NCBI RefSeq assembly: GCF_964355755.1 | Contig: NC_092673.1 | Coordinates: 22,131,648-22,195,647 of the forward strand | Reading direction: 5' to 3' | DNA length: 64,000 nucleotides | Origin: Antedon mediterranea | Lineage: Eukaryota; Animalia; Echinodermata | Part shown: positions 1 through 12,400 of the stretch, one piece after another | How the letters are laid out: each line of letters starts with the position of its first letter | Position numbering within the stretch: position 1 is the stretch's first letter | Made by a program: the position numbers and the translations under genes | The notes under the pieces: model-generated | What the model was told of the DNA's origin: nothing | What the model saw: only the letters and a program-made list of their open reading frames with translations | The model's database searches: none

Positions 1-452
1 ATTGGTGACAAACGTGGCCCGTCACACATATGCTCTAGTTTCAAACAAAAATCAAGTGGTCCTTGTAAAGCTTGTTTTCTCCACTTTACATTCTTCTTTA
101 TTCACCAATAGCAAAAGCAATTTGGAGCAAAAAAAAATAGCTTTCGCTAGTCGAAGGTTTGCCTCATACTAACAAATACATTTACTTCGAAGAATAACAC
201 TGAAATAGCAAAAGCAATACATATCAATGAAATTAACATATAGTAATAAAGGACATAAACAAAACAACAACAAAAAACCAAGAGATGGGCCGACATAAAT
301 CAGTATCTTGGACGCAACTCGACGACGTAGCTGCAACGCAGGTGAGTTGACCAATCACAAACGATCTATCGCATCGTGATCGGCCAAATGAAGTTTGGTT
401 CCAACAGTAGGCAATGCAAAGCCGCTATTGATGTATTTATTCTTTTTCTTAC

Positions 453-3400
453 ATTTTCGTTTGTTGATTCGATATCAGTTATTGTTTCCAATGCTTCTGA
501 TACTTCTTGTACATTATCAAGCTCAAGGTCACCACCTGTTTCCTCTACTATTTTCTCAAGCTCAATAGCAACCTCTTCTACATTCTCTTCATCAACGCTC
601 TAATAGTTATTAAAATGATAATACTAGTTTTAAAAATACAAAAATTTCCCCAAAAGGGCACCTTAGAGTAGAGATGAGATGTGTCGCTTAAACTCTGTCC
701 ACACTATCAATGTGATAAAAAAATGTGACAAGGGGGGACATGATGACGTCATATCGTTTCGTTTATTATCCACTCATTTCAATCAATCAATCAATCAATC
801 GTTCGATTTATATAGCGCCATTCCAACAGTCATTGCTCATGGCGCTGCCAAAAATATCAGAAATTGTGAGTTTTTAGTACTGACTTAAAGGTGCTTAATG
901 ATGATGTTTGTTTAATGTTCATAGGTAGGTGGTTCCAGAAATGAATTTAAACAAACCTACGTCTCACTACCATATTTGAGTATGCACTACAATATTTGGT
1001 CAATCTATTTTTATTTTATTTTTTATGAGTATTGTTGGATGAGTGTTCTGTGAGGTTTTTAATGTTTCATGTGACCTCTAACCTCATGAAAGATCGTTAA
1101 AAAATGAAAAGTCGATAATCCTACCTTGGTGAGATTTCTTATTTTCGTAGTTAGATTAGTTTCTATAATTAATAATAAAACAAAATATATGACTTTTAAA
1201 AGTTATTAATACTATTACTTATTTATTGGCATGAGTGATAAATTAATTTTATTAAATAAATGGATTTAGGATTTTCTTTTAAATAGAAAACAAAGAGTTA
1301 TCTATAGAGGTGAAATATCGCATTGGAAGAATGAAATATCAGGGGTACCCCAGGGGTCAGTTCTTGGCCCTCTTTTGTTTCTATTGTATGTGAGTGATCT
1401 TGAATATGGTATAGAATCTTCAATTTGCAGATGACAATACCATTTCTAGATTATGTTTGTAGTAAGGCAAGCAAACTTCTTGGTTTTGTTTCAATATGTA
1501 GTAAAGCAATGTCTTGGATGACAATGCTAAATCTTTACAAAGCACTAATATTACCTGTTATGACTTACTGTTGTTGTATGTGGGAACCCACTGAAATATC
1601 TCATATGTATAGACTTGAAAGGGTTCAGAGAAAGGCCACTAGAATAATTATGTACAGAAAAGACATGGGACATTTCCTATTTATATAGGTTAAAGACCCT
1701 AAATCTAAATGGATTTAGGATTTTCTTTTAAATAGAAAACAAAGAGTTATCTATAGAGGTGAAATATCGCATTGGAAGAATGAAATATCAGGGGTACCCC
1801 AGGGGTCAGTTCTTGGCCCTCTTTTGTTTCTATTGTATGTGAGTGATCTTGAATATGGTATAGAATCTTCAATTTGCAGATGACAATACCATTTCAAGAC
1901 CTATTCATGAATTAGAAGACTGTACAGAGTGATTTAAATAAGATTTATGAATCAGTCAGTTTTAAATAAACTACCATTAAATGCATCAAAATGTGCAGCA
2001 ATGAGTTTATCTCGGTGTAAAGATCCCAACATATTTGCTTACGAAATAAATTCTGATTCAACGGAAAGAGCTCATGAATTCAAACTACTTGGTGTATATA
2101 TCAATAGTAAATTAACATGTCACTCTCATCTAGATTATGTTTGTAGTAAGGCAAGCAAACTTCTTGGTTTTGTTTCAATATGTAGTAAAGCAATGTCTTG
2201 GATGACAATGCTAAATCTTTACAAAGCACTAATATTACCTGTTATGACTTACTGTTGTTGTATGTGGGAACCCACTGAAATATCTCATATGTATAGACTT
2301 GAAAGGGTTCAGAGAAAGGCCACTAGAATAATTATGTACAGAAAAGACATGGGACATTTCCTATTTATATAGGTTAAAGACCCTAAATCTAAATGGATTT
2401 AGGATTTTCTTTTAAATAGAAAACAAAGAGTTATCTATAGAGGTGAAATATCGCATTGGAAGAATGAAATATCAGGGGTACCCCAGGGGTCAGTTCTTGG
2501 CCCTCTTTTGTTTCTATTGTATGTGAGTGATCTTGAATATGGTATAGAATCTTCAATTTGCAGATGACAATACCATTTCAAGACCTATTCATGAATTAGA
2601 AGACTGTACAGAGTGATTTAAATAAGATTTATGAATCAGTCAGTTTTAAATAAACTACCATTAAATGCATCAAAATGTGCAGCAATGAGTTTATCTCGGT
2701 GTAAAGATCCCAACATATTTGCTTACGAAATAAATTCTGATTCAACGGAAAGAGCTCATGAATTCAAACTACTTGGTGTATATATCAATAGTAAATTAAC
2801 ATGTCACTCTCATCTAGATTATGTTTGTAGTAAGGCAAGCAAACTTCTTGGTTTTGTTTCAATATGTAGTAAAGCAATGTCTTGGATGACAATGCTAAAT
2901 CTTTACAAAGCACTAATATTACCTGTTATGACTTACTGTTGTTGTATGTGGGAACCCACTGAAATATCTCATATGTATAGACTTGAAAGGGTTCAGAGAA
3001 AGGCCACTAGAATAATTATGTACAGAAAAGACATGGGACATTTCCTATTTATATAGGTTAAAGACCCTAAATATTTTAAGTATTTATGATATATTTAAAG
3101 TGTATAGACTCACATTAGGTTTTAAAATAATGCATGGCCTCTGTCCCTCATCCTTTAATGAGTTTGTGAGATCAAGTGAGAGGTGTGAAGGGCGGTTAAT
3201 ACATTGGAAGGTAAGACCAATACATTTTTAAATTCATCGTTTGTTATTTTCCCTAGATTATGGGAGCAACTTCCCAATGAAATTAAACAATGTACTATAA
3301 TTTCAGACTTTAAAGCCCAACTCACCAAACATTTGATCTCAAAATATTAAGTTGTAATTGTTTATATTGTTTATTCAATGCAGCTTATTTTTAATTGGTG

Positions 3401-6400
3401 TATCTCATTATAACTTTGTTTTGTTTTGAATTAATTTGTGCTACTTAGTTTTGTTATTTTTGTATTTTATAAGTAATGATGGAGTAAGAGCAGTTTTCTG
3501 TTTGGGCTCATGCCTATTACTTGCTCCTGGCAAGATGAATTGTAAAATGTACTTTATGAACTTTTGCCGAATAAATATCATTATTATTAATTACATTTTT
3601 TTTTTTATCAAAGAACAATAATATTTATTTTAACAATGTTTAGTTATACATTGGCATAAAATACAGAAGGAAAGGAAAAGAATACAATATTTCTATGTTG
3701 TGTGTGTATCGTTTAAATATTATTCTGTTTATGTTATCAATGATCAAGCCTCTGACATCTCAAATTTGTTTGTATTTTCAGTCAACAAAATCATTAAAAT
3801 TATTATTATAAACCTTTTTTGGTCAGTGATTCCGACAATGTAGTCAATGGTAAAAACGTTGTTGGTTCTGCACTTGTTGTTACTGGTGCTGATGGTTCAA
3901 GCGTTGATTTTGACAAATCTACAACAAAAAAAATGGAAATTATAATTTAAATATATACAGTGCCATTTATATGTATTAATTAAAACTGGGCATCTGTACA
4001 TTTAATGTCTCATCATCTATCATACTGCTCTTTAAACTTCAATTCAATTGAGTTGTCAGCAAATAAAATAAAAATGAGCAATTTAAAATTATTAGGTATA
4101 TCCTTAACAAAAATAAAAATTAAAAGGTGGTCCAAGAATCGATCCTTTGGAAACACCACAAGTTAAACGGGAATGGGAAGAGTTAAACTTATTCAGGGAC
4201 GTAAACTGGAAACGACTGGAAAGGTAGTTTTTAGTAAGTTTTAGAGGAAGACCTCTGATACCGTAATTTGCAAATTTATGAATTAAAATATCGTGGTTGA
4301 AATATAGATAAATCAAGGAAAATACCAATAGAAAACTCATTTTTACTTTGCAATTTTATCAAAGATATATAATAAGGCAAAATCTGTTGAGCACTTTTTC
4401 TTGAAACCATATTGGCCTTTAAATAAAAGTTTGTGTTAGTTAAAAAGAAAAACAAAATCTGTTATGTATGTATGCCAGATTTTAGGGCATTCCAGGGAAT
4501 ATTATTTTTAAGAAGATCAAATTTGTCACTGTATTTCTAGAGCAGTCCGGAGGATTTTGGTAAGTACATTTCGATATTTAACATATTTGTCTTTGTCCTT
4601 TTGTTTTTTAGATGTAAGAAATTTGGTATATCATTTTTTTTAGTTGCGTGCAAACGCGACTCAGCTCACTATGTCGGTCCGAGTTGGTTGGTCGGTCGGG
4701 GTCAGTCGGCCGGTAAACACTAACTCAAATGTTTGCACGCGACTGCAGCCATGTATATGGCCTTGCTAAAAATTAATTTTATTATATAAAATTTATCCAG
4801 AATTAAGAAGTATGATTTCAGTGAAATTGCAGTAATTTACACACTAATGACACCCAGAGAGTTGATCCCTACCCTAAAAAAAAAAACCAAATGGGCTCAG
4901 TTTCGAATACTTTACACTTCTTATAATAATTAAGAATAATTTACAACTAATGAAATTAAGAAAGACCAACATGCTTTATCATACAAACAATACAAACACT
5001 ACATTTTGAAAAGTATAAAAAACCATTTTATTATACAAACAATATCAATGATCTATAGGCTACTGTTGAACTTTTTCAATCGAATTTATTCAAAGTGAAC
5101 TGAGACAGATAAGCATAATGCTACTGAAATGTAAAAGTGTGCGGCTTGCATGAAAGCAATATTCAATTCTATGATTGAGTACCATGACAGAAGAACGGTC
5201 TGAAAGTTACGATCTGCTACACGTTGGACGGAAAACTTTGGGTGACCTAAGATATGCAGACGATGCTGCCTTGATGTCCAAGTCAAGACCTGGCCTCAGC
5301 AGATTTGTTGACTCAGTGAATGAAGAAGGCGTATCTCATGGTCTAAAAATGAATGCGAAAAAGACCAAATCATGACTGTTTCATGGTAAGTGGCAAATGA
5401 AAACAAGCAGAGCTTAGAAATAAGTGGATCCGTATTGGAGGAAGTTGACAATTTCATGTACCTTGGTGCCAGGATACAAGGAGATGGAGATAACACCAAA
5501 GAAATCAGAAGCAGATTGGCCATGGGATTGCAAGCTCTCACTGGGATGGAAAAGCTGTGGCGTGGACAAAACAAAGTGACCAAGTTGCGCATTCTCAAAG
5601 CATGTGTCTTTACAGTGGCCAAATATGCCTGCGAGACTTGGGTACTGCGCAAGAGGGATGAAAAATTCATCACAGCCTTTGAAAACAAATGCTACCAAAG
5701 GATCTTCCGAGTCCCATGGACTCAACACCGCACAACTGATAACATAAGAAAGGAGCTTAGAGTATCCAATGACTGGTTGCTGCAGTATATTAAAAAGCAG
5801 AAATTGTGCTATTTTGGTCACATTAAGCGGCAAGATGGAATGGAGAAGAGAGTGTTGGAGACTTATATTCCAGGGAAGAGAAGAAGAGGAAGACCAAGAT
5901 GCAAATGGGAAAAGACTATAACAGATGTGTTTGGCTCTATGGAGCAAGCAAGTAGGATGTCAGAAGACAGGAGATGGTTTCAGAATACTGTTAGAGAAGC
6001 CACGCTCTGATCAGAGTTTGCTTTGACGACGAAGATGATTCATCGACTGATTGATATGGCCTACAACATTTGACGAAACATTTGATATTAGAACAAATAT
6101 TGGAATGTGTAAATTAGTCAATTTAAATGTTAATTAAAAAATAATAAATTAGATTGAAGACCCATTCCCTACAATTGTTGACATTTTGTAAAAATAATGC
6201 ATAGGCCTAAGTGTAGAAAATCGATGTTCTTAAAGTCATTTTCATTGTTTATTAAAGTTGTTTATCATACGGGTCACGACATGCCGTCATACGATCCCCA
6301 GACACGCACATGATCGTAAGAGTTAAAATAATAAACTGATTAGTATTAAAGCATCATTTGGTCTACTCGTCTTATTTCTACAATAGTTTACATGGTGTCA

Positions 6401-9400
6401 GAATGGGCGAGACCTTTAGGAGACCTAACCAACTAAGTTTTGAAAGAAACGTTGCCGAAAATTGGTGAAAATTCGAACTAGATTTTGACGTGTATCTAGC
6501 AGCCGCTCACGGTACAAAAAATGACAAGGAGAAGTGCTTCATATTTCTAACTATAGCAGGCGAGGAGGCAATCGAACGCTACAGGTTATTTGATTTTGAG
6601 AACGAAGAAGCAAAGCTAAACCTTGACGTTGTAAAGAAAAATTCAAAGCACATTGCGCACCACAGAGAAACATTGTCATTGAAAGGCACAAGTTTAACAC
6701 AACAAATAAGAGTAGTGGAGAATCTATACAAATATACGTCGCCACACTCAAGAAATTAGCAGGCACGGACGAATTTGTTGAGTTACGAGATGAGTTAATC
6801 AGAGATAGAATAGTCGTAGGGATAGACAACGATAGGGTCAGAAAGGCCCTCCTCCAAGAAAAAGACCTAAAACTAGAAAAAGCTATACAAATCTGCCAAA
6901 TACACGAGGCCACTGACAAATCAAGTGAAATGCTTACTGGTGCTATGACCAATTCAGTAGAAAAGTTGACCATCTCAAGTACACCAACAGGTAATAACAA
7001 CAATATTAGTAGTACCACTAGGCCTAGTCCAAACTCATAGATTAAAGACTGTACTTGCTGTGGAAAATCACAATCTCGTAGAAACTGCCCGGCATTTAGT
7101 GCCAGGTGCAGAAAATATGACAGGACAGGTCATTTTGCTATATTATGTCAAAGCAGAACAGCAAATCGGCACTATGCAGGAGCGAAGGCGTCCAAGCTAC
7201 TCGCGTTACAAAAACATCCAAGAAATTAGCCAATTGCCTGAAAGTGACGAGTGTGATTATGAAATGGAACAAATTGACCCAGTAATTGAAATCGACCTAG
7301 TACTCAATAAGGCAAATGGTATCAAGGTTAACGTCACCACACGCAGCAAACCTCTAACTCTAAAGTTAGACACAGGTGCCAAGTGTAATGTCTTACCATA
7401 TCAGATGATACAAGGTATTGGACAAGAAGCTGCAATTGACAGCACAAAGCGTGCCAGCCTAAGAGCTTTCGGTAGTACAATTATTCATACAATGGGACAA
7501 ATAAACCTACCAATAACTGTCGCTGGTAAAACATACAACACAAGCTTATACATAGTGAAAGAAAACTGCTCACCCATTCTAGGACTTGACGACTCTCTGA
7601 TACTGAACCTCATAACTATCTGAAGCTCCTGAGATTACAAAGTTTTCAGAAGTGTTTGATGGCAAATTAGGCAAATTGCCTTTAAAATATAAAATGAAAA
7701 TTGATCCAGATATACCACCAATCATTCGACCACCAAGGCGTGTGCCCAAACCCATGGAAGAAAAAGTAAAAACCGAGCTTAAGAGAATTACAGATCTTGG
7801 TGTCATAACACCAGTAGAAGAAGCCACCGATTGGGTTTCTTCAATGGTTGCAACCAAAAAGAAAAACACTGATGACATAAGATTATGTATCGATCTCCGT
7901 GATCTAAACAAAGCCTTAAAAAGGCCACACCACCCCATGCGTACAATAAAACAAGCGACAATGAATCTTGCAAACTGTAAGGTTTTTACTGTGCTCGATG
8001 CTAAATGGCAGATTCCACTCGATGATGAATCAACAAACCTGACCTGTTTTAACACTCCACTGGGAAGATTCAAATACGTACGGCTACCATACAGAGTAAA
8101 CAGTGGAAGCGAAGTATACCAAAGGGCAATTGAGACACTTTTCGAAGGATACCCATGCGAAATAATAGTGGATGACCTTCTAATAGGAGGAATTGACATG
8201 GCGGATCACAATTAGAAGCTAGACAAAGTTTTAACTAGAAACCTAAAACTGAACAAGGCCAAATGCAGATTCAGAACAAGCCAAGTATCTTACGTTGGAC
8301 ACCTAATAACTAAAGATGGAATCAAACCAGACCCGACAAAAGTCCAAGAAATTGTTGAAATACCACCACCTGAAAACCAAACCGAGCTGAGCAGGTTTTT
8401 GGGAATGCTAAACTATCTGTCCAAGTTCGTAGACACCAACTTCAGTGAAATGACAGCCCCACTACGAGAGCTGCTTCGTCAGGACGTAATATGGAAATGG
8501 GAACCACATCATCAAAGCTCATTTGAAAGATTAAAGCAAAAGCTAATCTCACCACCAGTCCTTGCATTTTACGATGTGAATAAAGAAATCACACTAACTT
8601 GTGACGCCTCAAAGTATGGACTGGGTTGTGGTTGCCTACAAGAACGAAAACCAATTGCCTTTGCCTCAAGAACAATGACAAGCACAGAACAAAACTATGC
8701 ACAAATCGAAAAAGAGCTATTAAGTATTGTGTTTGCTACGGCAAAATTTCACCAATACATCTATGAAAAGCATGTTACCATCGAAACAGACCATCAGCCA
8801 CTTGTAACCATAATGAAAAAACTTTTACACAAGGCCCCAGCAAGACTTCAAAAGATGATGATGCAACTTCTTCTCTACGATTTTACACTTGTTTATAAAA
8901 GAGGTTCTGAATTACACCTGGCAGACACTCTGTCAAGAGCACCCTGCAAGTCAACAGAACACATCAATCTTGAATATGAGGTAAATGACATTATCACAAA
9001 TATCAGAGCGGCGAAAAGATGAATTAAAAGCAGCTACAATCAAAGACGAAGAAATGCAGCTTCTTAAAAATGTTATTATGAAAGGGTGGCCGACTAGGCA
9101 ATTGAACTGCCCGATCGAAATTCGGAAATTCTTTCCATACAGAGACGAACTAACAGTTCAAGACAACATTATACTGAAGTCTCACAAAGCCATGATTCCC
9201 AAATCACTGCAACAGGAATATGTTAGTCCTTCATGGTGGACATATTGGGGTAGAAGCGACAACGAGGCGTGCAAGGGCCATCGTCTACTGGCCCACAATG
9301 CAGAGTGACATACACAAATTTGTAGAGAACTGTAAAATATGCAATGCACTAAAACCACATCAACAAAAGGAACCACTGAAATTGCACCATATTCCAGACC

Positions 9401-12400
9401 TTCCTTGGCAGATCGTAGCATCTGACCTGTTTGAGTGGAACAACAAACACTATGTTGTCATCGTCGACTCATATTCTGGATGGTTTGATTTCAATTCACT
9501 GCATGATATGAGAAGTGAAAGTGTGATTGTAAAACTAAAGCGAAGCTTTAGCACCCATGGAATACCAAGTTTGTTAATAACCGACAATGGCGGACAGTAT
9601 GCATCTCACCAGTTTGCAAAGTTTGTTGAAGATTGGGGTATTAGACATATAACTTCAATCCCGGAGTATCCAAAATCCAATGGCCTTGCAGAAAATGATG
9701 TCAAGCAAGCAAAAGCTCTTCTAGAAAAAACGAGACAGGATGGTTCTGATATCTATCTCAACCTGTTGAATCTGAGAAACGACCCACGTGACAATGACCT
9801 CCAATCACCAACACAAAGACTTATGTCACGGACAACCAGAAGCACTGTGTATACAGCTAGACAGCACTTGCTTGCGGTAAAAGAACAACCACCAAACACC
9901 GCAACAGAAACTGAATCAACCATGAACGAACCTGAAGATAACACATACATGGAACCAACTCAACATAATGCACACATGACAGATGACCAAGAGAAAGAAT
10001 TTCTCCCAAACATACAGACAAGAAGTGGCAGACTTGTTTAAACACGCCAGCATACCTTAAAGACTATGAATGGTAACGCCATAAGGGCAGAATAATCCCT
10101 TGTTACCAGGATCGACCTTAGGATAGTCCACCCAAAGGTCAAAGTTCTATCATTGCCTTCAAGAACGATTGTTGAAATTTGTTTTGTTTTTGTCGTTGGC
10201 GGACAGTACTTTTCTGTAATTGTTTTTTAAATATTATAATGACAATATCATATTAACAAATGTTATTATGCCTTAAACCAATACACCATTGAAACTGTTA
10301 AGCATATTGAATCAGAAGCTGTCCGATCAGGACAGCGAAACTTTCAAGGTTAGTTTTACTAATTATTGGTTTGGAAAAAAGAATATTTCCAATATACATA
10401 TTGAATCAGTGTGATCTGCTATCAGTCACACCCAAGTTAAATGCTATTGATGATAATAATAAGTTTAGCCATGCATCCAGCTTGGAAGGAAAGATGTAGA
10501 ACATCGATGTTCTTAAAGTCATTTTCATTGTTTATTAAAGTTGTTTATCATACGGGTCACGACATGCCGTCATACGATCCCCAGACACGCACATGGTCTA
10601 CTCGTCTTATTTCTACAATAGTTTACACTAAGTAAGTAGCTCGCAGTAAATGTCCTCTCGTGGACGGTATTTAGGGATTCATAGATTTCGATCCAAAAGT
10701 ATGGAACGCAAAAAGTGAAAATGAAGGGGATTGATAAAATAATATTTCTTCACAATTTTTTAACTATGAATAATTCTAATTTTTAATGAATATTAATATT
10801 TAGACAATAATATATTTAGCAAAAAAAAATAAGAATGATTTCACCAACTTTCCTTCATTTACGTTTATTAAAATTGCACAATTGAAAACAATTCGTAGCT
10901 GCCCCTCTCTGCGCCTTTGGCAACTTTTTCTATATCTACAACTGCTACGTGTTTTCGCTGACCGGGGGATTCCCCTTTTTAAAAAACGCAAATCATGGAC
11001 AAAAATGATATGTACGATCATTTTTTCTATTGCCAAATGGTGGAACGTGTGATGTTTAATGATAGGACACAATACACAATCAATAAACACGTGTATCAAC
11101 GGTAGCCATTATCACTACTCTGCTGAGTACTTTATTCAATCATACTCTAGAGGGCAGTGTTGTAAGAATACAACATTACATCTCCCCCTTTCTAGAAATA
11201 TAGTGTGTCACATGAATTCTAATTTTAATTATATGGTTTATGTCCTAGGGTCAAAGGTGAAGTTATGAGTCACTATTATTGAAGTATTGTGTTACATATT
11301 AATTACAGTGCTAACAAGGCCATATAGATGGCTGCAGTCGCGTGCTCATTAGTGTTTACCGACCGACCGACCAACCTACCAACTGACCGAAATTACTGAA
11401 CATGTTTAAAAATGTTGAAATTTTTAAAAACATCTATATTTTTTAAATTTACACGTGCGTAGCCTGTCACTTTTGACGTGTTCGTATAACGTAATTTCGA
11501 GTTGAAAAGTCAAGAAAACAGAAATCGGGCAAAAAGAGTGCGCAATAACATTTAACGCGCAAAAATCTGCGCACTCATAGCAATTTTGTAAACGCTTAAA
11601 ATTGCCTGAAACATACTCTTATTTCATCGAAAATAAATTTTGAAAATTTTAAGCGCGCGTACGCATGCGTTACATGCGCTACGCACGTAATTGTATTGCC
11701 ATATGATGATTTATGCCCTGAAATTTATGAGTACCAAATTTTATTTAATTGTGATTCATGGTTGTGAAGATATGATTACAAACGTGATTTCGTTAAATCG
11801 TGCGTAGACCGCGTAATTTTTTATTGCGCACCGTGAAAACATAACCACATCGATTCCTGGCCATAAGGAATATACTGTGAAAAATTGACTTAGCTAGATT
11901 AAACTGATATCAAGATAAGGTCAGAAAGCGATAAAACGCATAGTGATACCGGACCGACAGACAGACCGACAGACCGACCGACCGACCGACATAGTGAACT
12001 ATAGAGTCGTGTCCACGCGACTAATAAAAACTAAAACTAATAAAACATAGTAATCATCATGATTGGTTTGTCACAGTATTCATTTGTTTGTAGATTAACT
12101 AAACATAATCATTCTTTGTTCTAAATCACTCTTTCTTATCTATCATGCACTGTTCAATTAATCGTTCTGGTTTCTGTGTTGATCGCTTTGTTCTCTTATT
12201 TCCTTCTTCATCATCTCCCCTTTTCTTACTCTGAAACTGTTCTACGTTTGAATCTAAATGTACTTTCTTGAAAAACGAAGAGTTTCTTGTGATATCACCA
12301 TCCGGTCCGCGAGCTGTTATCATACTGCGATTTTTCGCAACAACTTTCATCATTATTGGAGCATATGGTGTTGCCAACTTGTGTGTTTGCTTTTGTCTAA

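Larger units (their letters stand above)
6212..10627 (+). mobile_element. Ty3/Gypsy (Mag-like) LTR retrotransposon, near full length, frameshifted
   Basis: LTRs 6212-6392 and 10495-10627 (TG...CA); 5-bp TSD CTAAG (6207-6211 / 10628-10632); PBS TGGTGTCAGAA; PPT GGAAGGAAAGA; domain order gag-PR-RT-RH-IN. Confidence 0.97.

Noticed and set aside
376-603. Plus-strand Ser-rich ORF
   Set aside because: Antisense shadow of the acidic GAIN-like exon 599-453.
5296-5947. Long minus-strand ORFs over the RTE (similar ones over the Gypsy and BEL ORFs)
   Set aside because: Antisense shadows of TE coding frames with no independent motifs.
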